This document shows, piece by piece, positions 23,679-36,150 of a stretch of 64,000 bases of DNA. A model generated the notes under the pieces. It was not told the DNA's origin. It searched no databases and was given only the letters and a program-made list of their open reading frames with translations. The DNA comes from Isurus oxyrinchus (taxonomy: Eukaryota), in assembly GCA_026770705.1 (NCBI GenBank), contig JANJGN010000038.1:6448001-6512000 (forward strand). The letters are read 5' to 3'. The translations under genes and the position numbers were made by a program. How positions within the stretch are numbered: the first letter of the stretch is position 1; each line of letters starts with the position of its first letter.

Positions 23679-24213
23679 GTCCCATCTCCCGACACTCTGC
23701 CCCATCTCCTGATATGGAATTCATTGCCACAGAAGACGGTGGAGGCCAGCTCATTGAGTGTATTTAAGACCGAGATAGATAGGTTCTTGATTGGTAAAGG
23801 GATCAAAGGTTACGGGCAGAAGGGAAAATGGGATTGAGAAACTTATAAGCCATAATTGAACGGCAGGGCAGACTCAACGGGCCGAATGGCCTAATTTCTG
23901 CTCCTATGTCTTATGGTCTTATGACACCCTGTCCCCATCTCCCGACACTCTGCCCCATCTCCTGACACCCTGCGCCCATCTCCTGACATTCTGTCCCCAA
24001 CTCCCGACACTCTGCCCCCATCTCCCGACACTCTGCCCCCATCTCCCGACACTCTGCCCCCATCTCCCAACACTCTGCCCCATCTCCCGACACTCTGTCC
24101 CCATCTCCTGACACCCTGCCACCATCTCCCTACACCCTGCCACCATCTCCCGACACTCTGCCACCATCTCCCGACACTATGCCCCATCTCCTGACACTCT
24201 GCCCCATCTCCCG
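23679..24213. repeat. 19-20-bp minisatellite (CCCATCTCCCGACACTCTGC)n interrupted by a CR1 tail
   Basis: About 2 units before 23714 and about 14 units at 23923-24213. Confidence 0.95.
23714..23922 (+). mobile_element. 5'-truncated young CR1 (HER1-like) 3' tail
   Basis: Ends gggccgaatggcctaatttctgctcctatgtcttatggtcttatg. Reverse complement of 51070-51280. Confidence 0.9.
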
Positions 24214-24944
24214 AGCAGCCTGTCTCTCCCTCTGCTGAACCCACACAGGATGCACCATGTTGAAACCAGAGGAAAGGACTGGGTGAGAAATTGTAATTCA
24301 CCAAGGGTGCGCACATGGGGCTTTGACAAAATATTAAGATTCCTGTTTTTAACAAGGACACAGAAAATGTATTGATTGGGACCACTTCCAGCTCTTGCCC
24401 ATTCTGACATCCCGTGGGCCAGCTCACCCTCTCACTGGGTTCATGCTGAATGTCAATCCAGGCTGGGAGCCATTGGGTGGATGTGCAATGGGTGGATGAG
24501 TGGGTGGAGGAATGTTCAGTTCACAGGGAGGGGGATGGGGGAGGGGGGTTGGTGCTGGTGGTGCGATGTGTTCATTCTGAACGAGTCCCACCTGAAACAG
24601 TGACTATTAACTAATTACTTTCTAATGGTGATTGACCTACTGTGTATTTCCCCAGGTTTGTTCTGTTCAGTTTTTCAGTATTTATATACTTTTTAACTTT
24701 GCTAAAACATGTTCTTGTTCTGACACTGAAATACAGACAATTTTAATTATGTTAACGTCAATCCCCATCGAGTACACAGGAGGACTCAACTGGTCCAAAC
24801 TTTTTCTGGTATCAATAAACCAAAATCCTACAAGATTTATTTGGGGAATTGTTTTTCTCTGAGACCCGGGACGGTCAAACTACCTCCCAAAGTTCAGCAT
24901 TGGGCCGTGAGCCTGGGCTATGGGGCCCACATACATGGAGCACC

Positions 24945-25190
24945 ATTACCTTCATCCCTGATTTTAATCACTCGACCATTGGTGGCTGGGCCTTCAGCTG
25001 CCCGGACCCTCAGCTCTGGAATTTCCTCCCTAAACCTCTCCACCTTTCTAATTCACTTTCCCCCTTTCAGACACTCCTTATAACTGACCTCCTTGACCAA
25101 GCATTTGGTCATCTGACCTAATATGTCCTTATGCCCCTGTGAAACTTCTCGGGACAACGAGAAGCTCAATATAAATATAAGTTGTTGCAT
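24945..25190 (+). mobile_element. L2-type 3' tail
   Basis: ccattggtggctgggccttcagctgcc...ctctggaatttcctccctaaacctctcc...ccttgaccaagcatttggtca. Confidence 0.75.
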
Positions 25191-25194
25191 TTGT

Positions 25195-25493
25195 TGATGT
25201 AATTCAGTCAGACCTGATCACTTATTGAGTCTGTATCAGTGTAACTCACATAGACACATTTGTGTCATAGTTCATTGAGACCTGATCACTTACTGAGTGA
25301 GTGAGTCTGTATCAATGTAACTCAGATAGATACAGCTTGTGTCATAGTTCAGTGAGACCTGATCACTTACTGAGTGAGTGAGTCTGTATCAATGTAACTC
25401 AGATAGACAGAGCTTGTGTCATTGTTCAGTGAGACCTGATCACTCACTGAGTGAGTGAGTCTGTATTAATGTAACTCGTATAGACACAGCTTG
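25195..25493. repeat. 77-bp tandem repeat, about 4 copies
   Basis: TGTGTCAT recurs at 25261, 25338 and 25415. The unit contains GAGACCTGATCACTTACTGAGTGAGTGAGTCTGTATCAATGTAACTC. Confidence 0.95.
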
Positions 25494-25769
25494 TTGGAAC
25501 AGACCTGGGGAGAAGGAAGCTCTGAATTAATCACTGCACCTTCTGTTCTCCACAGTTGGGAAAAAGCTGATTCTTTCCAAACATCTATATGACGAATCAA
25601 GTAATTAAAGATAATTTGTTGTTTTGAACTGAATTATTTGGTAGAATTAGAGTGAAGGAGTGGGATTGACCCACAGCCTGAGTCAGCACTTTAAGGACAG
25701 GAAGACAGAGAATTTGGAGAGGGGAAAAGAATTAGTAGGTGACTGGGCACTGTATCTGGAACAATGAGC

Positions 25770-26060
25770 AGAGAGGGGGAGGAGTGTGTGGGACAGGGAT
25801 TTATAGATTTGGGGGAATGAAAGGAGAAAGAATGTTCCAAAGAAACTAGAATTGTCAGTTTTGAATTTCTATCCTGTACTGACAGTAAGGACTTTTGTCA
25901 ACTCTGTTTACAGGGGATTAGAGGGAGAGCATTTCAGATGGGGAAACTCAAACCAAAAATCTCGACAAGATCTTATAGAATCACTGAATTCATTTATGAC
26001 CAGCCTTTGATTATGGAAGGATAAATGTTTGTCTGTTCTGTCTGTGGGAAAGATTCACAT
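25770..26060 (+). pseudogene. ZNF gene relic: acceptor module and first half-finger; the array is lost
   Basis: Homologous to 21375-21665: TTTACAG acceptor, aaactcaaaccaaa, ATGTTTGTCTGTTCTGTCTGTGGG. Confidence 0.75.
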
Positions 26061-27129
26061 CATGGACTGCAGCGGTTCAAGAAAGTCAAACATCATCTTC
26101 TCCACAGGTAACTAGGGGTCACAACAGGCACTGGTATCTGTGGAGAGGCAAACCGAGTTAATATTTCAGGGTGTGCAGAATGAATTACAGGGAGTAAAAT
26201 GTTGCAGAATTTGATGATCAATATAAGCACAGAAGTGGAATAGAAATGGACTATAGTGCAGGAAAAACAATTCTTGACTATGCAAGATACTGTGGGAAGA
26301 TAAAGCTGGTAAGACAGCAGCACATCGTCGGGTGATGGGCAGCAATGGAAACCTCATTGAGACACAGTCAGCACAAGTAACAATAAAATACTAAACATAA
26401 CTCAAATAGATCCATTATTAGAGACAGAGGAAGTTAGACAATGGCAGAGAGGTGATCAGGGAGGGCAGAGAGTGGATGGACATGGATTCAGATCCTCAGT
26501 AAAGGAGTCACACCAGCCCCAGAGATATGGAACGTCTCACTAAAAGCTCTAAATTGTACATGGATGGTGAAAAGTACTCACCTCTGAAACAACTTCACCA
26601 TTTTCAAATTTAAACTCTCTTGTTGGAGCCTGCAGCGGGAAAGATATCAGAAGCACTGGAGTCAGTGAAAGATCTCCCAGTTGAGGAAATATCTAGGGAG
26701 CAGGATGATGTCACCGTGTAATTGTCAATGTGTGATGATGTCACACACTGGAACACCTGGATCTGTGCAAACCAGTGATAACCACACATTGTGAAGGATG
26801 TGAAGGGCCTTGAGAGTGGGCAGAACAGATTTATCAGAATTGTTCGAAGGATGAGGGATTTTAGTTGTAAGATTAAATTTGAGAAACTGGAGTTCTTCTC
26901 CTCGGAGTAAAGGAGCTTGAGGGGAGATTTGATAGAGGTGGACAGGATTATGAAAGGTAGTTAAACAAAAGCTGTTCCCATTAGTTGATTATGAAAGGAT
27001 TAAAGGACAGAGATTTAAGATTTAGGTCAGATCCACAATGTGAGGAAGAGATTTTTTACCCAGTAACTGAAAATGACCTGGAACTCAATGCTTACATTTG
27101 AAGGCTGGTGTTATTCAGGTCCTGGTGAA

Positions 27130-27760
27130 ACAAGTGACTTTCAGATTTTGATGCCTTGTTGGGTTTCACGTCTCCCTCCTCATCTAACATCCTGTAAATG
27201 GAATTCAAAAAATCCATCACGACCAATCCAGGATTGAAATTCAGAAAGGAAGAACTTTTGGTTTGAGTTTCCTGTTTGTAAATCCTCCCCTTCTGACCCC
27301 CTGTAAAAGGAGTTTCCAAAATCCATCCCTGTCAGTCCAGGATAGAAATTCACAATATCCTCTGCTCCTGCTCCCTGGACCAGGATGACCGCGCATGCGC
27401 CCTGCTGCACATTGCCCCCTATAAAGATGGCGGCCGTTACCCCGGGCCTGGCGAAGGGAGAAATCCAGATTTGCCCGTTCTCCGCAAACACAAGACCGGT
27501 ACCTTGTTATTTGGGGTCTACACTGTGTCTTTGTGAAGCCTCTCTTCCCATTCCGCTGGAACCAATGCTCCTCACACATCCACTAACTCTGTTACTTTGT
27601 TCCACTCGACATTCTTTTACTCCCTCTGAATAGTTCCAGTCACAGACCAGCACTGCGCATGCTCATGAAAGAGACCGCAATGCGCATGCCCCATCATACT
27701 CAGAAGTGCGCATGCGCAGTGCGCTATTGTCATGAGGATAGGGCACATTCTGGCCGGCAG
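27130..27760 (-). promoter_or_regulatory. ZNF promoter/exon 1/acceptor cassette with no finger array downstream
   Basis: Inverted paralogue of 47120-47640. NRF1 TGCGCATGCGCA at 27707-27718 and GCGCATGCGC at 27391-27400. YY1 AAGATGGCGGC at 27424-27434. Donor AAG/GTACCG. Confidence 0.8.
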
Positions 27761-28314
27761 TGAATGCTGCGTGACCACTCCGCCATTGAAAGATCATGTT
27801 TTAGCATAGAAACCTGTATCTTGTGATCAGAATACGATAGGTGCCATTGGGGAAAGACATAAACTTGTTGAATCAATTGTTGCAATGGCCAAATTGCTCC
27901 AAGGTCCACCGCTATTCTCTCCTGGATGCAGAACAAAACCCAACTGTTAGATCTCAACTCAGTGGAGTCTCAGCAGATGGGGTGAGCTAGTGACTTTTCC
28001 CCTTTTACGTGGAACACTTAAACCCTGTCTTGCAAACATCTCTGCTCTGACTGTGGATCAAATCTTTTGAACTTTTAAAGTTGGAGTGTTAACGTGTGGG
28101 CAAACTGAATAAAGCCCTTTGCACATGTGAAGTATCTGACTGGTCTCCCACCAGCAAGACTGGGTTGCTGTGTCAGTAAGTGGGATGAGTTTGAATCCCT
28201 TTCCAATTTTAGCTGGTGAACAATCTGTTTACAGTGTGGGTTTACCTACACATTTTCAGCTCAGCCATGGATCTCAAAATCCACTAGCAATGGGTTCCAT
28301 ATTCTTCGCACTAC

Positions 28315-28860
28315 ATAGGAAAAAGGAGGAGTAGGCCGTTCGGCCCCTTAAGCCTGCTCTGCCATTTAATAAGATCATGGCTGACCTCATAGTAACCTGA
28401 AATCTGTACCCCACCTATCCCCAATAACCTATCACCCCCTTGATTACCAAGAATATATCCACCATTGCCTTAAAAATATTCAAAGGCTTTGCTTCCACAG
28501 TCTTTTCAGGAACAGAGTTCCAAAGTTTCACGGCACTCTGAAAGAAAAAGAAATCGCCTCATCTCTGTTTTAAATAGGTGACCCCTTGTTTTTAAACAAC
28601 GATCCCGAGTTCTCAATTCTCTCACAAGAGGTAACATCCTCTCCAAATCCACGCTGTCAAGTACCCTGAGGATCTTATATGTTTCACTGATCAGGTAAAG
28701 TAAAGCTAAATACTGCAGATGCTGGTTATCTGAAATAAAAACAGAAAATGCTGGAATTCTCAGCAGATCTGGGAGTGATTGTGGAGATAAAGACATGGTT
28801 TTCATTTCAGGTCTGTAACCTTTCATCAGAACTCCATTGCATCTGAAATGATAATTATGC
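28315..28860 (-). mobile_element. CR1 3' end (28315-28690) followed by a PLE tail with a degenerate hammerhead (28801-28833)
   Basis: ETYKILRVLDSVDLERMLPL..RTR...L (CR1). Reverse complement AGTT CTGATGA AAGGT TACAG ACCT GAAA. Confidence 0.7.
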
Positions 28861-29378
28861 CTCTCAATCCGAGGATGCTGCCAGATGTGGTCAGGGAACT
28901 CAAGAAAGCAACGAAAATCCCCTTTGAGGAATGGAATCCAATGCAAATGAAGGGTGAACTGCCCGACTGACCAGAGACAGTCAAAGCACCTTTCCCTTCT
29001 TTAAGACGCTGGAACATTGACTCTGATGTTATCAGTGAAATTAACTGACCTGAGATAGTGAAAGGATTGTCGTTACTGCATATCAGGAATTCAGACCTAA
29101 TGTCGGCTTTGGGACAATCAGAATACTTGGTAACAGACAAGACACCGAAAGGCTCGAAGGGAGGCGGCTCCATTTGTCGGAGAGCTGAATCCCAGTGACA
29201 TGGATGTGTCTGCAGTGGGTGAGATCAGACTGTTTCCATGTATCCACAATGAATGTCTCACCCTTTATTTTGGAAGAATAAAACTGATAGAGCGTGATAA
29301 CCATCTGTGTAGTGGCAATCTGAAGATCAGACTCACTTGACACCCTGGTTGGGATACCTTGCAGTTAGGTTGGTGTAA

Positions 29379-29452
29379 AAGTCTGTGGCGCTATTGGTCA
29401 GCATATCTGCCTGTTAACTGAAAAGTTGATGATTCAAGGCCACCCAGGGGGG
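29379..29452 (+). pseudogene. tRNA-Asn(GTT) pseudogene
   Basis: gtctgtggcgctattggtcagc...ctGTTaactgaaaagttgatgattcaaggccacccaggg aligns to vertebrate tRNA-Asn; the stems are mismatched. Confidence 0.8.
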
Positions 29453-30431
29453 TTAAGGTTTATCCCCCTCATCACCAATCATTGCCACACAGTTCTGGAT
29501 TGTCTTTCGGTACTTGGGCCGCAAGAAATCTTCCCCAAAACGGTGGCAGTTCTTTTCTTGTCCAGTGAGCTCCCACAAAAACAACTTCTTTTTAAAATTA
29601 CGTTTTCTGTCAAATATAATGAGAAAAGATTTGGACTCACTATGTACCTTCATCTAACCCATTAGAAATCCATGAAATTATTGGATTCAAACGAACCCAT
29701 CAATTATTCTCTCTTCCTCAGCTCCACAGTGAGTGAGACAGGGAAAAGCAGCAAAGCAGCAATATTCCGGCCCCGCACTCTCCAATCACCCGCTGCCAGC
29801 AGAAAGCAGCGACTGCAGCTTCAATCAGTGGGTTACTGCCCATCCCTGGGACGTGAGATACTCCAACCCGGGCCAAACCTCCCAATACCCCGAGCACAGG
29901 CTCAGGAAAATACACACATATCATATCCCGCTCACTAAAACTTCGAGCAGCATTTACAGAATTTCCGAGTGACTGAGTCACAAATAAAAGTCACACCAAC
30001 TTTCTAAACTTATCACTGTAAAATTCCTTTATTTTATTGAAAAGCTGACTGTTGTGAATCTGAAAATGAGCACCATAGGATTTGTGTTACTGAGTGACTT
30101 GTTTTCCATTATTTGACCATCAGGTTTGCAATTCAAATTGTGTTGGATATTGAGTTGAATTTGATTTCAAAATGAGGACACAAAGCAGATAAATATTAAA
30201 TCCAGAAAAAAATCCTGCGGAAAATGGATCACAGTATTTGGAAGGAGGTGCAGCTAAGAAGGGGAAGATGTGAATTATGTTATTGATGATTGAGAGGAAT
30301 GCATTGCAAACTTTGGGCATTTGTTGGCCGATTACGTTCCACACTTTAAAATTCCGACCAAGCTTAGGTATCAGGCGGAAAGCAACAGGTTTATCCATGT
30401 ATGTTGGGATATGAAACAGCTTTTTCACATG

Positions 30432-30485
30432 GCTCGCTAGCTCAGTTGGTTGAACATGAGATTCTTAATGTCAGAGTCATGGGCG
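30432..30485 (+). pseudogene. tRNA-Lys(CTT) pseudogene lacking the T-arm
   Basis: gctcgctagctcagttggttgaacatgagattCTTaatgtcagagtcatgggcg. Confidence 0.75.
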
Positions 30486-31574
30486 CTGTCATCGCTTAAA
30501 AATCTGAATAAGAGCCTTATGGACTGGAAGCATTGACGCTGTTTCTCCCTCCAGTTGCTGAGTTTTTCCAGCATTTCTGTTTGTTTCAGATTTCCATCAT
30601 TCACAGTTATTTGCTTTTATCTTTTTATTTTTAAATATTGCTGCTTAAAAAAAAACACCAACTAATCACCGCGGCTCCTGTGAAATGTACAAGGCAGACA
30701 TTCACCACTGAAAACAACTGACACACATCAAATTCAAAACACTTTCATGTCGCATCTCTTTCTGCTTCTGTTCCTGCCTCACCTCCATCTCCCTCTGCCC
30801 GTTCAGCCCCCAGGTCAATTAGCTGCCCGATGCAGACACAGTCAGTTCGTGGGAATGGGTAAAACTCGTGAGTAAGGAGACACCTGGATCTAATCTTCCT
30901 GATTCTCCCAGATATTGATTACAGGAATGTGTCCAGTGCCGATTATCCACAGTCACGCTCTCCTCCCTGTTGTTCAGCTTTGAAATTGATTTTCACACTG
31001 GATTTCAATGTGAAGAAAGCAGAGCTGTGATAAGCTTATATTTGTTCAGCAGATGTACTGCAATAAGGTGCATAACAGGCTGATGATAACATTGCTCTTT
31101 GGACGTGGTGAGCTCCAGTGAAGGATTGATACCATTAACGTGTCGTTCAATTAGTCTTATGACAAATCTCGTGCTGGCAATGACAAGAAACCTCGCTGAA
31201 TTTGCTACATGTTTCGGTTTCAAAAGAGCCGAAAACAAGCTAAGAAAGTACTTAACAAAAGCAGAACTACCTGGAAAAACTGGCACAGTGCAGGTAGAGG
31301 ATCTTCCACCCATCGTGTCTATGTCCGTTTTGTACAAAGAGCTTTATAATTAATGACAATTTCCTTCTTTTTCTCCTTAACCCTGTTTTTTTCACTTTCA
31401 AGCCATTGAACAATTCCCATTTGGAAACTTGGTGTTATGAAAACCAATATTGAAAGCTTCAGCTGGTCCCTCACATGAGCAATTACGTCAGCCTTGCTCC
31501 AGGGACTGACGTTTGCAGTGATTTACGTTGGTGTGAAGTTCAAGGCAATATAATTTGCAGGTAAACCTGGATTT

Positions 31575-32305
31575 TTTTTTTTATTCATTCACGTGCTGTG
31601 GGCTTCGCTGTCTGGGCCAGCATTTATTGCTGATCCCTAATTGCCCTTGGGAAGGTGGTTTACCTTCTTGAACCGCTGCAGTCCATGTTGTGTAGGTATG
31701 CCCATAGTGCTGTTAGGAAGGGAGTTCCAGGAATTTGATCCAGTGACAGTGAAGGAAAGGACGATACATTTCTAAGTCAGGATGGTGAGTGAGTTGGAGG
31801 GGAACTTCCAGGTAGTGATGTTCCCATCTTTCTGCTGTCCTTGTCCTTCTAAATGGTTGTGGTGATGGGCTTGGAAGGTGTTGTCGAAGGCCTTGATGAG
31901 TTGGGCTGAGGACACTACCCTAAGGAACTCCTGCAGTGATCTCCCGGAGTTAAGATGACTGACCTCCAACAACCACAACCATCTTCCTTTGTGCTAGGTA
32001 TGACTCCAACAAACCGAGAGTTACCCTCTGATTCCCATTGACTCCAGTTGTGCTCGGGCACCTTGATGCCACACTCGGTCAAATGCTGATCTCACCTCGT
32101 CCCAGGAGTTCAGCTCTTTTGTTTATATTTCAGCCAAGGCTGTAATGAGATCAGGAGCTGAGTGGTCCTTGTGGAACCCAAGCTGGGCATCAGTGAGCAG
32201 GTTATTGCTAAGTCAGTGCCACTTGACAGCACCGTTGATGACTCCTTCCATTACTTTGCTGATGATGGAGAGTAGACCTATGGGGTGGTAAGTGGTCGGG
32301 TTGGA
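31575..32305 (-). mobile_element. Non-LTR retrotransposon fragment (RT plus 3' tail, internally deleted); its tail is shared with the SlmI-like SINE
   Basis: Minus strand reads NNLLTDAQLGF..HSAPDLITAL...AFDRVWHQG...LESMGIRG...AGVP.GSVLSP. Tail gggcaattagggat..caataaatgctggc. Confidence 0.8.
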
Positions 32306-32483
32306 TCATTCTCACTCTTTCTTTCCCAGTTTGGTCAGAAGAACGAGGAGAGACAGGATAAATTGCAGGGTTCCGGGGAAAAGGTCAGGTAATGGGAGTG
32401 ACAGGAAGGGCAGAAAGACAGCTTTCTCTGCTGTAACCATTGAATGATTTCATACAAACAATAGTGGCATGCGAGCAGTTTCT

Positions 32484-32565
32484 GTAGTCATGGCTGAGTG
32501 GTTAAGGCGATTGAGTGAAAAATCATTGGTGTTACACTGCGCAGGTTCGAGTCCTGTCAACTGCA
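32484..32565 (+). pseudogene. tRNA-Ser pseudogene (82 nt)
   Basis: gtagtcatggctgagtggttaaggcgattgag...gcgcaggttcgagtcctgtcaactgca. A and B boxes are retained; the anticodon arm is disrupted. Confidence 0.85.
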
Positions 32566-34186
32566 TTTCTCATTATTTCTGATTTTAACCGCGCACAGAT
32601 GGAATTAATTATCATTTGAATCGAGGGAAAGCGATCCAAACACACCCATGTTCTCTTATTTCCATTCATTTTTCAGCCTTCTGCAAATCTCCAGTGGGAA
32701 ATGGAAAAAACAAAATGGAGCCAATTTTGTGACATTATTTCATTCTGGCATTTGTCCTTCCTTAGGCCTCTGTCACTCTCGGTGTATACCTCTGAGTGTA
32801 TTCCTCTGTGTGGGTCAGTGTGGTTCAGTTCCCCGAGGAGGTAAACACATTTTTACGAGCACAAACTGTATTCACATTAGTTGTGCAACTTCACATTTCA
32901 ATGTTACAGTGAAAAATATCAGGATGAAAGAGATAAGAGTAGTTTGTCTCTTTCTATGTATGGACTACAACAACTTATATTTATAAAGCTACTTTTTCCT
33001 AATGAAACATCACAAGGCGTTCCCCAGGAGCATTTTATCACAAAATGTGACACTGAGCCACATAATCGGTGAGATGACTAAAAGCTCGGTCAAAGGGGGA
33101 GGCTTTAAGAACTGTCTTAAAGGAGCAAATTATTGATTTCGTGTTCCAGCGAACAGCAATGGTTCTTCTGATTGGCTGAATACGTCACTTTTATTCATCC
33201 AACACAGAGCATTTGGTCAAAGAAACCTATCCTTGGTGAAGTTTGTAAAAGTAAACTCCACTACAGTTTGGCGGCCTATAAACAACGCCCACCAATGGTT
33301 GCTGCCTCTTGCTGTTTCTTATCTCCACCCAAGCTGATTCTACATCTTGACCCTTCAATCTAAGATCCTCTCTCACTAATGTACCGATCTCGTTCCTTAT
33401 TAACAGCGCGACCCCGCCTTGTTTCCCATTTTGTCCATTCTTCCTAAATGACGAATATCATTCAGATCAACCAATCACACTGCTCTTTGGAAGCAGCACA
33501 CAGGGCCGAATGGCCTCTTTCTTTGCTGTAACTTTCTGTCATTTTATGTTTCTTAACACCACGGTTAAGATGAACTTTCTTATTTTCCATGTGCTGTTTT
33601 GAATTCAAGACAATAGTCAAATTCGACGAGTTTTCTTATCATTTCTAGCACAGAATTTGGAACCGGACTCGTTGAACGACATTTAAATGGTCTCAATCGT
33701 TAGATGCAGCTCACCGAGTTCAAACAGACACCGTGAGCATCAGCCTGTTATGTACATTCTTGCTGTACATCTTCTGAGCTATAAGCTGATCACAGCTCCA
33801 CTTTCTGCACATTGAAAGACAGTGTGAAAATATTCACTATTTCAAATCTTAACAACGTGCGTATTTGTGATTTTCTGTGTGTGTCAATGTGGTTGAGTTT
33901 CCCATTTTCACCACCCAAACACTATCCATGTTAGTTCTCTGACATCATATCAGCCCAAAGAAAAAAGCCATTAACACGACATTTCTCTCTTTATTTTGAG
34001 TGGAGACCATTCAGCAACTAAACTTCCGGATGTTACAGAGTGGAGGATGATTGAAGTTTTCACGTGATCTTATTAAGCAGCTGAGAATGCTCGAGGAACC
34101 GAATGGCCAATTCCTGATAATTATTTTTTATATTCTAATTCAGTGTCAATGTTGGTGAAGACAATGTTTGTGTCTAATCTGAATGT

Positions 34187-34267
34187 GGTAGTGAGGCTGA
34201 ATGGGCTCAGCCGCTGGTTCAGGTTTTGATCTCTCTGGTGAATTGGGCTTTACTCACACGGCTGACA
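34187..34267 (+). pseudogene. Highly decayed tRNA-Leu pseudogene
   Basis: ggtagtgaggctgaatggg...cgctggttcagg...tctctctgg...tggg...cacacggctgaca; 81 nt, colinear with tRNA-Leu. Confidence 0.5.
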
Positions 34268-34498
34268 AACCTTCTGGTGATTTGTTATTTGAGACTCTGC
34301 CAAAGATTCTCTGTGCAGTGAAGGAGCAGCTGAGCTGTGCAGTGTTGTATTTCAGTTGGGAGAATGAGGAGAGACAGTGTAAATCCCAGGGTGACTGGGA
34401 AAAGGTGGGACAATGGCACGGACTGGAAGCCCTTCTTTCACTGAAACTCTCTGTATTCATTCTATTATTTTAATCAAACAACATGCAGCCTTTACCCT

Positions 34499-34556
34499 GT
34501 TGTCCTGGCCGAGTGGTTCAGGCGTTTTTCTACGTGGTCCGAATCCTGCCAACTCC
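34499..34556 (+). pseudogene. tRNA-Ser remnant (central deletion)
   Basis: gttgtcctggccgagtggttcaggcg...ggtccgaatcctgccaact. The downstream flank is paralogous to that of 32484. Confidence 0.7.
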
Positions 34557-35120
34557 CCTTCTTCTCATTCCTGATTGACACAAACTGTCTGCAGAATAAA
34601 TTATCAGTCAAATGAAAAAGAAAACCACCCAAACATCCCCGTGTTTCTGACCACATTTCGCCTGCAAATATTCACTACATTTTGAATCTGAAATGGAACA
34701 ATAATTGGCCAAGTTGGTGACAGCATTGCTTTCTGGGTGTCTGTCTCTCCTTTGTCCTCTGTCACTCTCGGTGTATGTGTCTGTGTGTGTCAATGTGGTT
34801 CAGCTCCCCGAGGGAATGAACACATATTTACTTCATAAACTTGATTCGCATTAATTGTGCAGCTTCATATTAAAATGTCAAAGAGAAAAATATCAGGATG
34901 AAAGATGCAAGAGAGAGTTTGCAATATTTGGAAGGAGGTGCAGCTAAGAAATGGAAGATGTGAACGAGGTCATTGATGATTGAAAGGAATGCATTGTAAT
35001 CTTGGGGCTTCTGTAGGCCGATTACCTTCCACACTTTGAAATTCAGAACAATCTGAGGCTCCATGGAGGAAGCAACATTGACCTCCCTGAATTTTCGCAC
35101 AGGAAGCCATGAATGCGCAT

Positions 35121-35186
35121 GCCCAGCTTGCTCAGTCGGTCGAGCATGAGACTCTTCATCTCAGGTTGTGGGCTTGAGTGCCACCA
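35121..35186 (+). pseudogene. tRNA-Lys(CTT) pseudogene
   Basis: gcccagcttgctcagtcggtcgagcatgagactCTTcatctcaggttgtgggcttgagtgccac followed by a T-run. Confidence 0.8.
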
Positions 35187-35354
35187 TTTTTTAAAGCTCT
35201 GCTGCTTTCATGGGTGAACTCCTTCTCCAATCCCCCGGCAGTGTCACCCCTCAAACTGAGTCTTTCTCCATCCTGCTTTGTTAATATCACAGCTGCTGGT
35301 TTCTGAATGAAAACTACCCTCCCCTTCACTGGAAGGCAGAGAGTTTTGTGCTTT

Positions 35355-35404
35355 GGATTTGGTGCTTTCCTGCCACAGCCTAGGTTCAACTCCTGATCAG
35401 GGGA
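35355..35404 (+). pseudogene. tRNA-Glu(TTC) 3' remnant
   Basis: ggatttggtgctTTCctgccacagcctaggttcaactcctgatcagggga followed by a T-run. Confidence 0.65.
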
Positions 35405-36067
35405 AACTTTTTTTCTTACCGCTGTGTGAACTGTCACAATGCACAGGAACTCCACGTGTAAACTGTTAAAACGAACCTGAAATTTAACGCATGGAAGTGT
35501 GAACTGATTCACGTTGGTCGGAAAAATGAGGAGAGGCAATATCACATAAACTGTACAGTTCTAAAGGGGTTACTCTGCTACACAGCGAGTGGTTACGATC
35601 TGGAATGTACTACCTGAGAGTGTGGGGGAGGCAGATTCAATTGCGGATTTCAAAAGAGAATTGGACAGAAAATGCAGATCTCCGGGGAAAAGGTGGGGGA
35701 CCAGAACATTCTAGCATGAACTGGCACAACTAATGTGAATGAAGTTTGTGATGGTAAAAAAAGTGTTCACCCCCTCAGGGAACTGAGCCACATTGACACA
35801 CACAGAGGAACAGACACAGACACATGCATCGAGAGTGACAGAGGACTAAGGAGCCACAGACACACAGAAATAAGGATGTCACCAACTTGTCCAATTATTG
35901 TCCCATTTCAGACTGCAGATTTGGTGAACGCTTGCAGATGAACTGAAATGAAGAAACATGGAATAGAAGCAAGAGAAACACACGGGAGTGTTTGGAAGGT
36001 TTTTATTCCGTTTCACTAATAATTAATTTTAATTGTGGATTCACCTAAAGTCAGGCACAGCAGACAG

Positions 36068-36150
36068 CGAGGTCAGCAGGATTCAAACCTGCATGGGAGG
36101 GTGTTTAATAGATTTCAACTACATTGTCTGAACCACTCATCCACAATTAC
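36068..36150 (-). pseudogene. tRNA-Ser (TGA-like) pseudogene
   Basis: Reverse complement: gtaattgtggatgagtggttcagacaatgtagtTGAaatctatt...gcaggtttgaatcctgctgacc. Confidence 0.7.

Noticed and set aside
23891-24427. Repetitive ORFs (GRWGQSV / AECREMG) on the minus strand
   Set aside because: They are translations of the 19-20-bp minisatellite, open in several frames.
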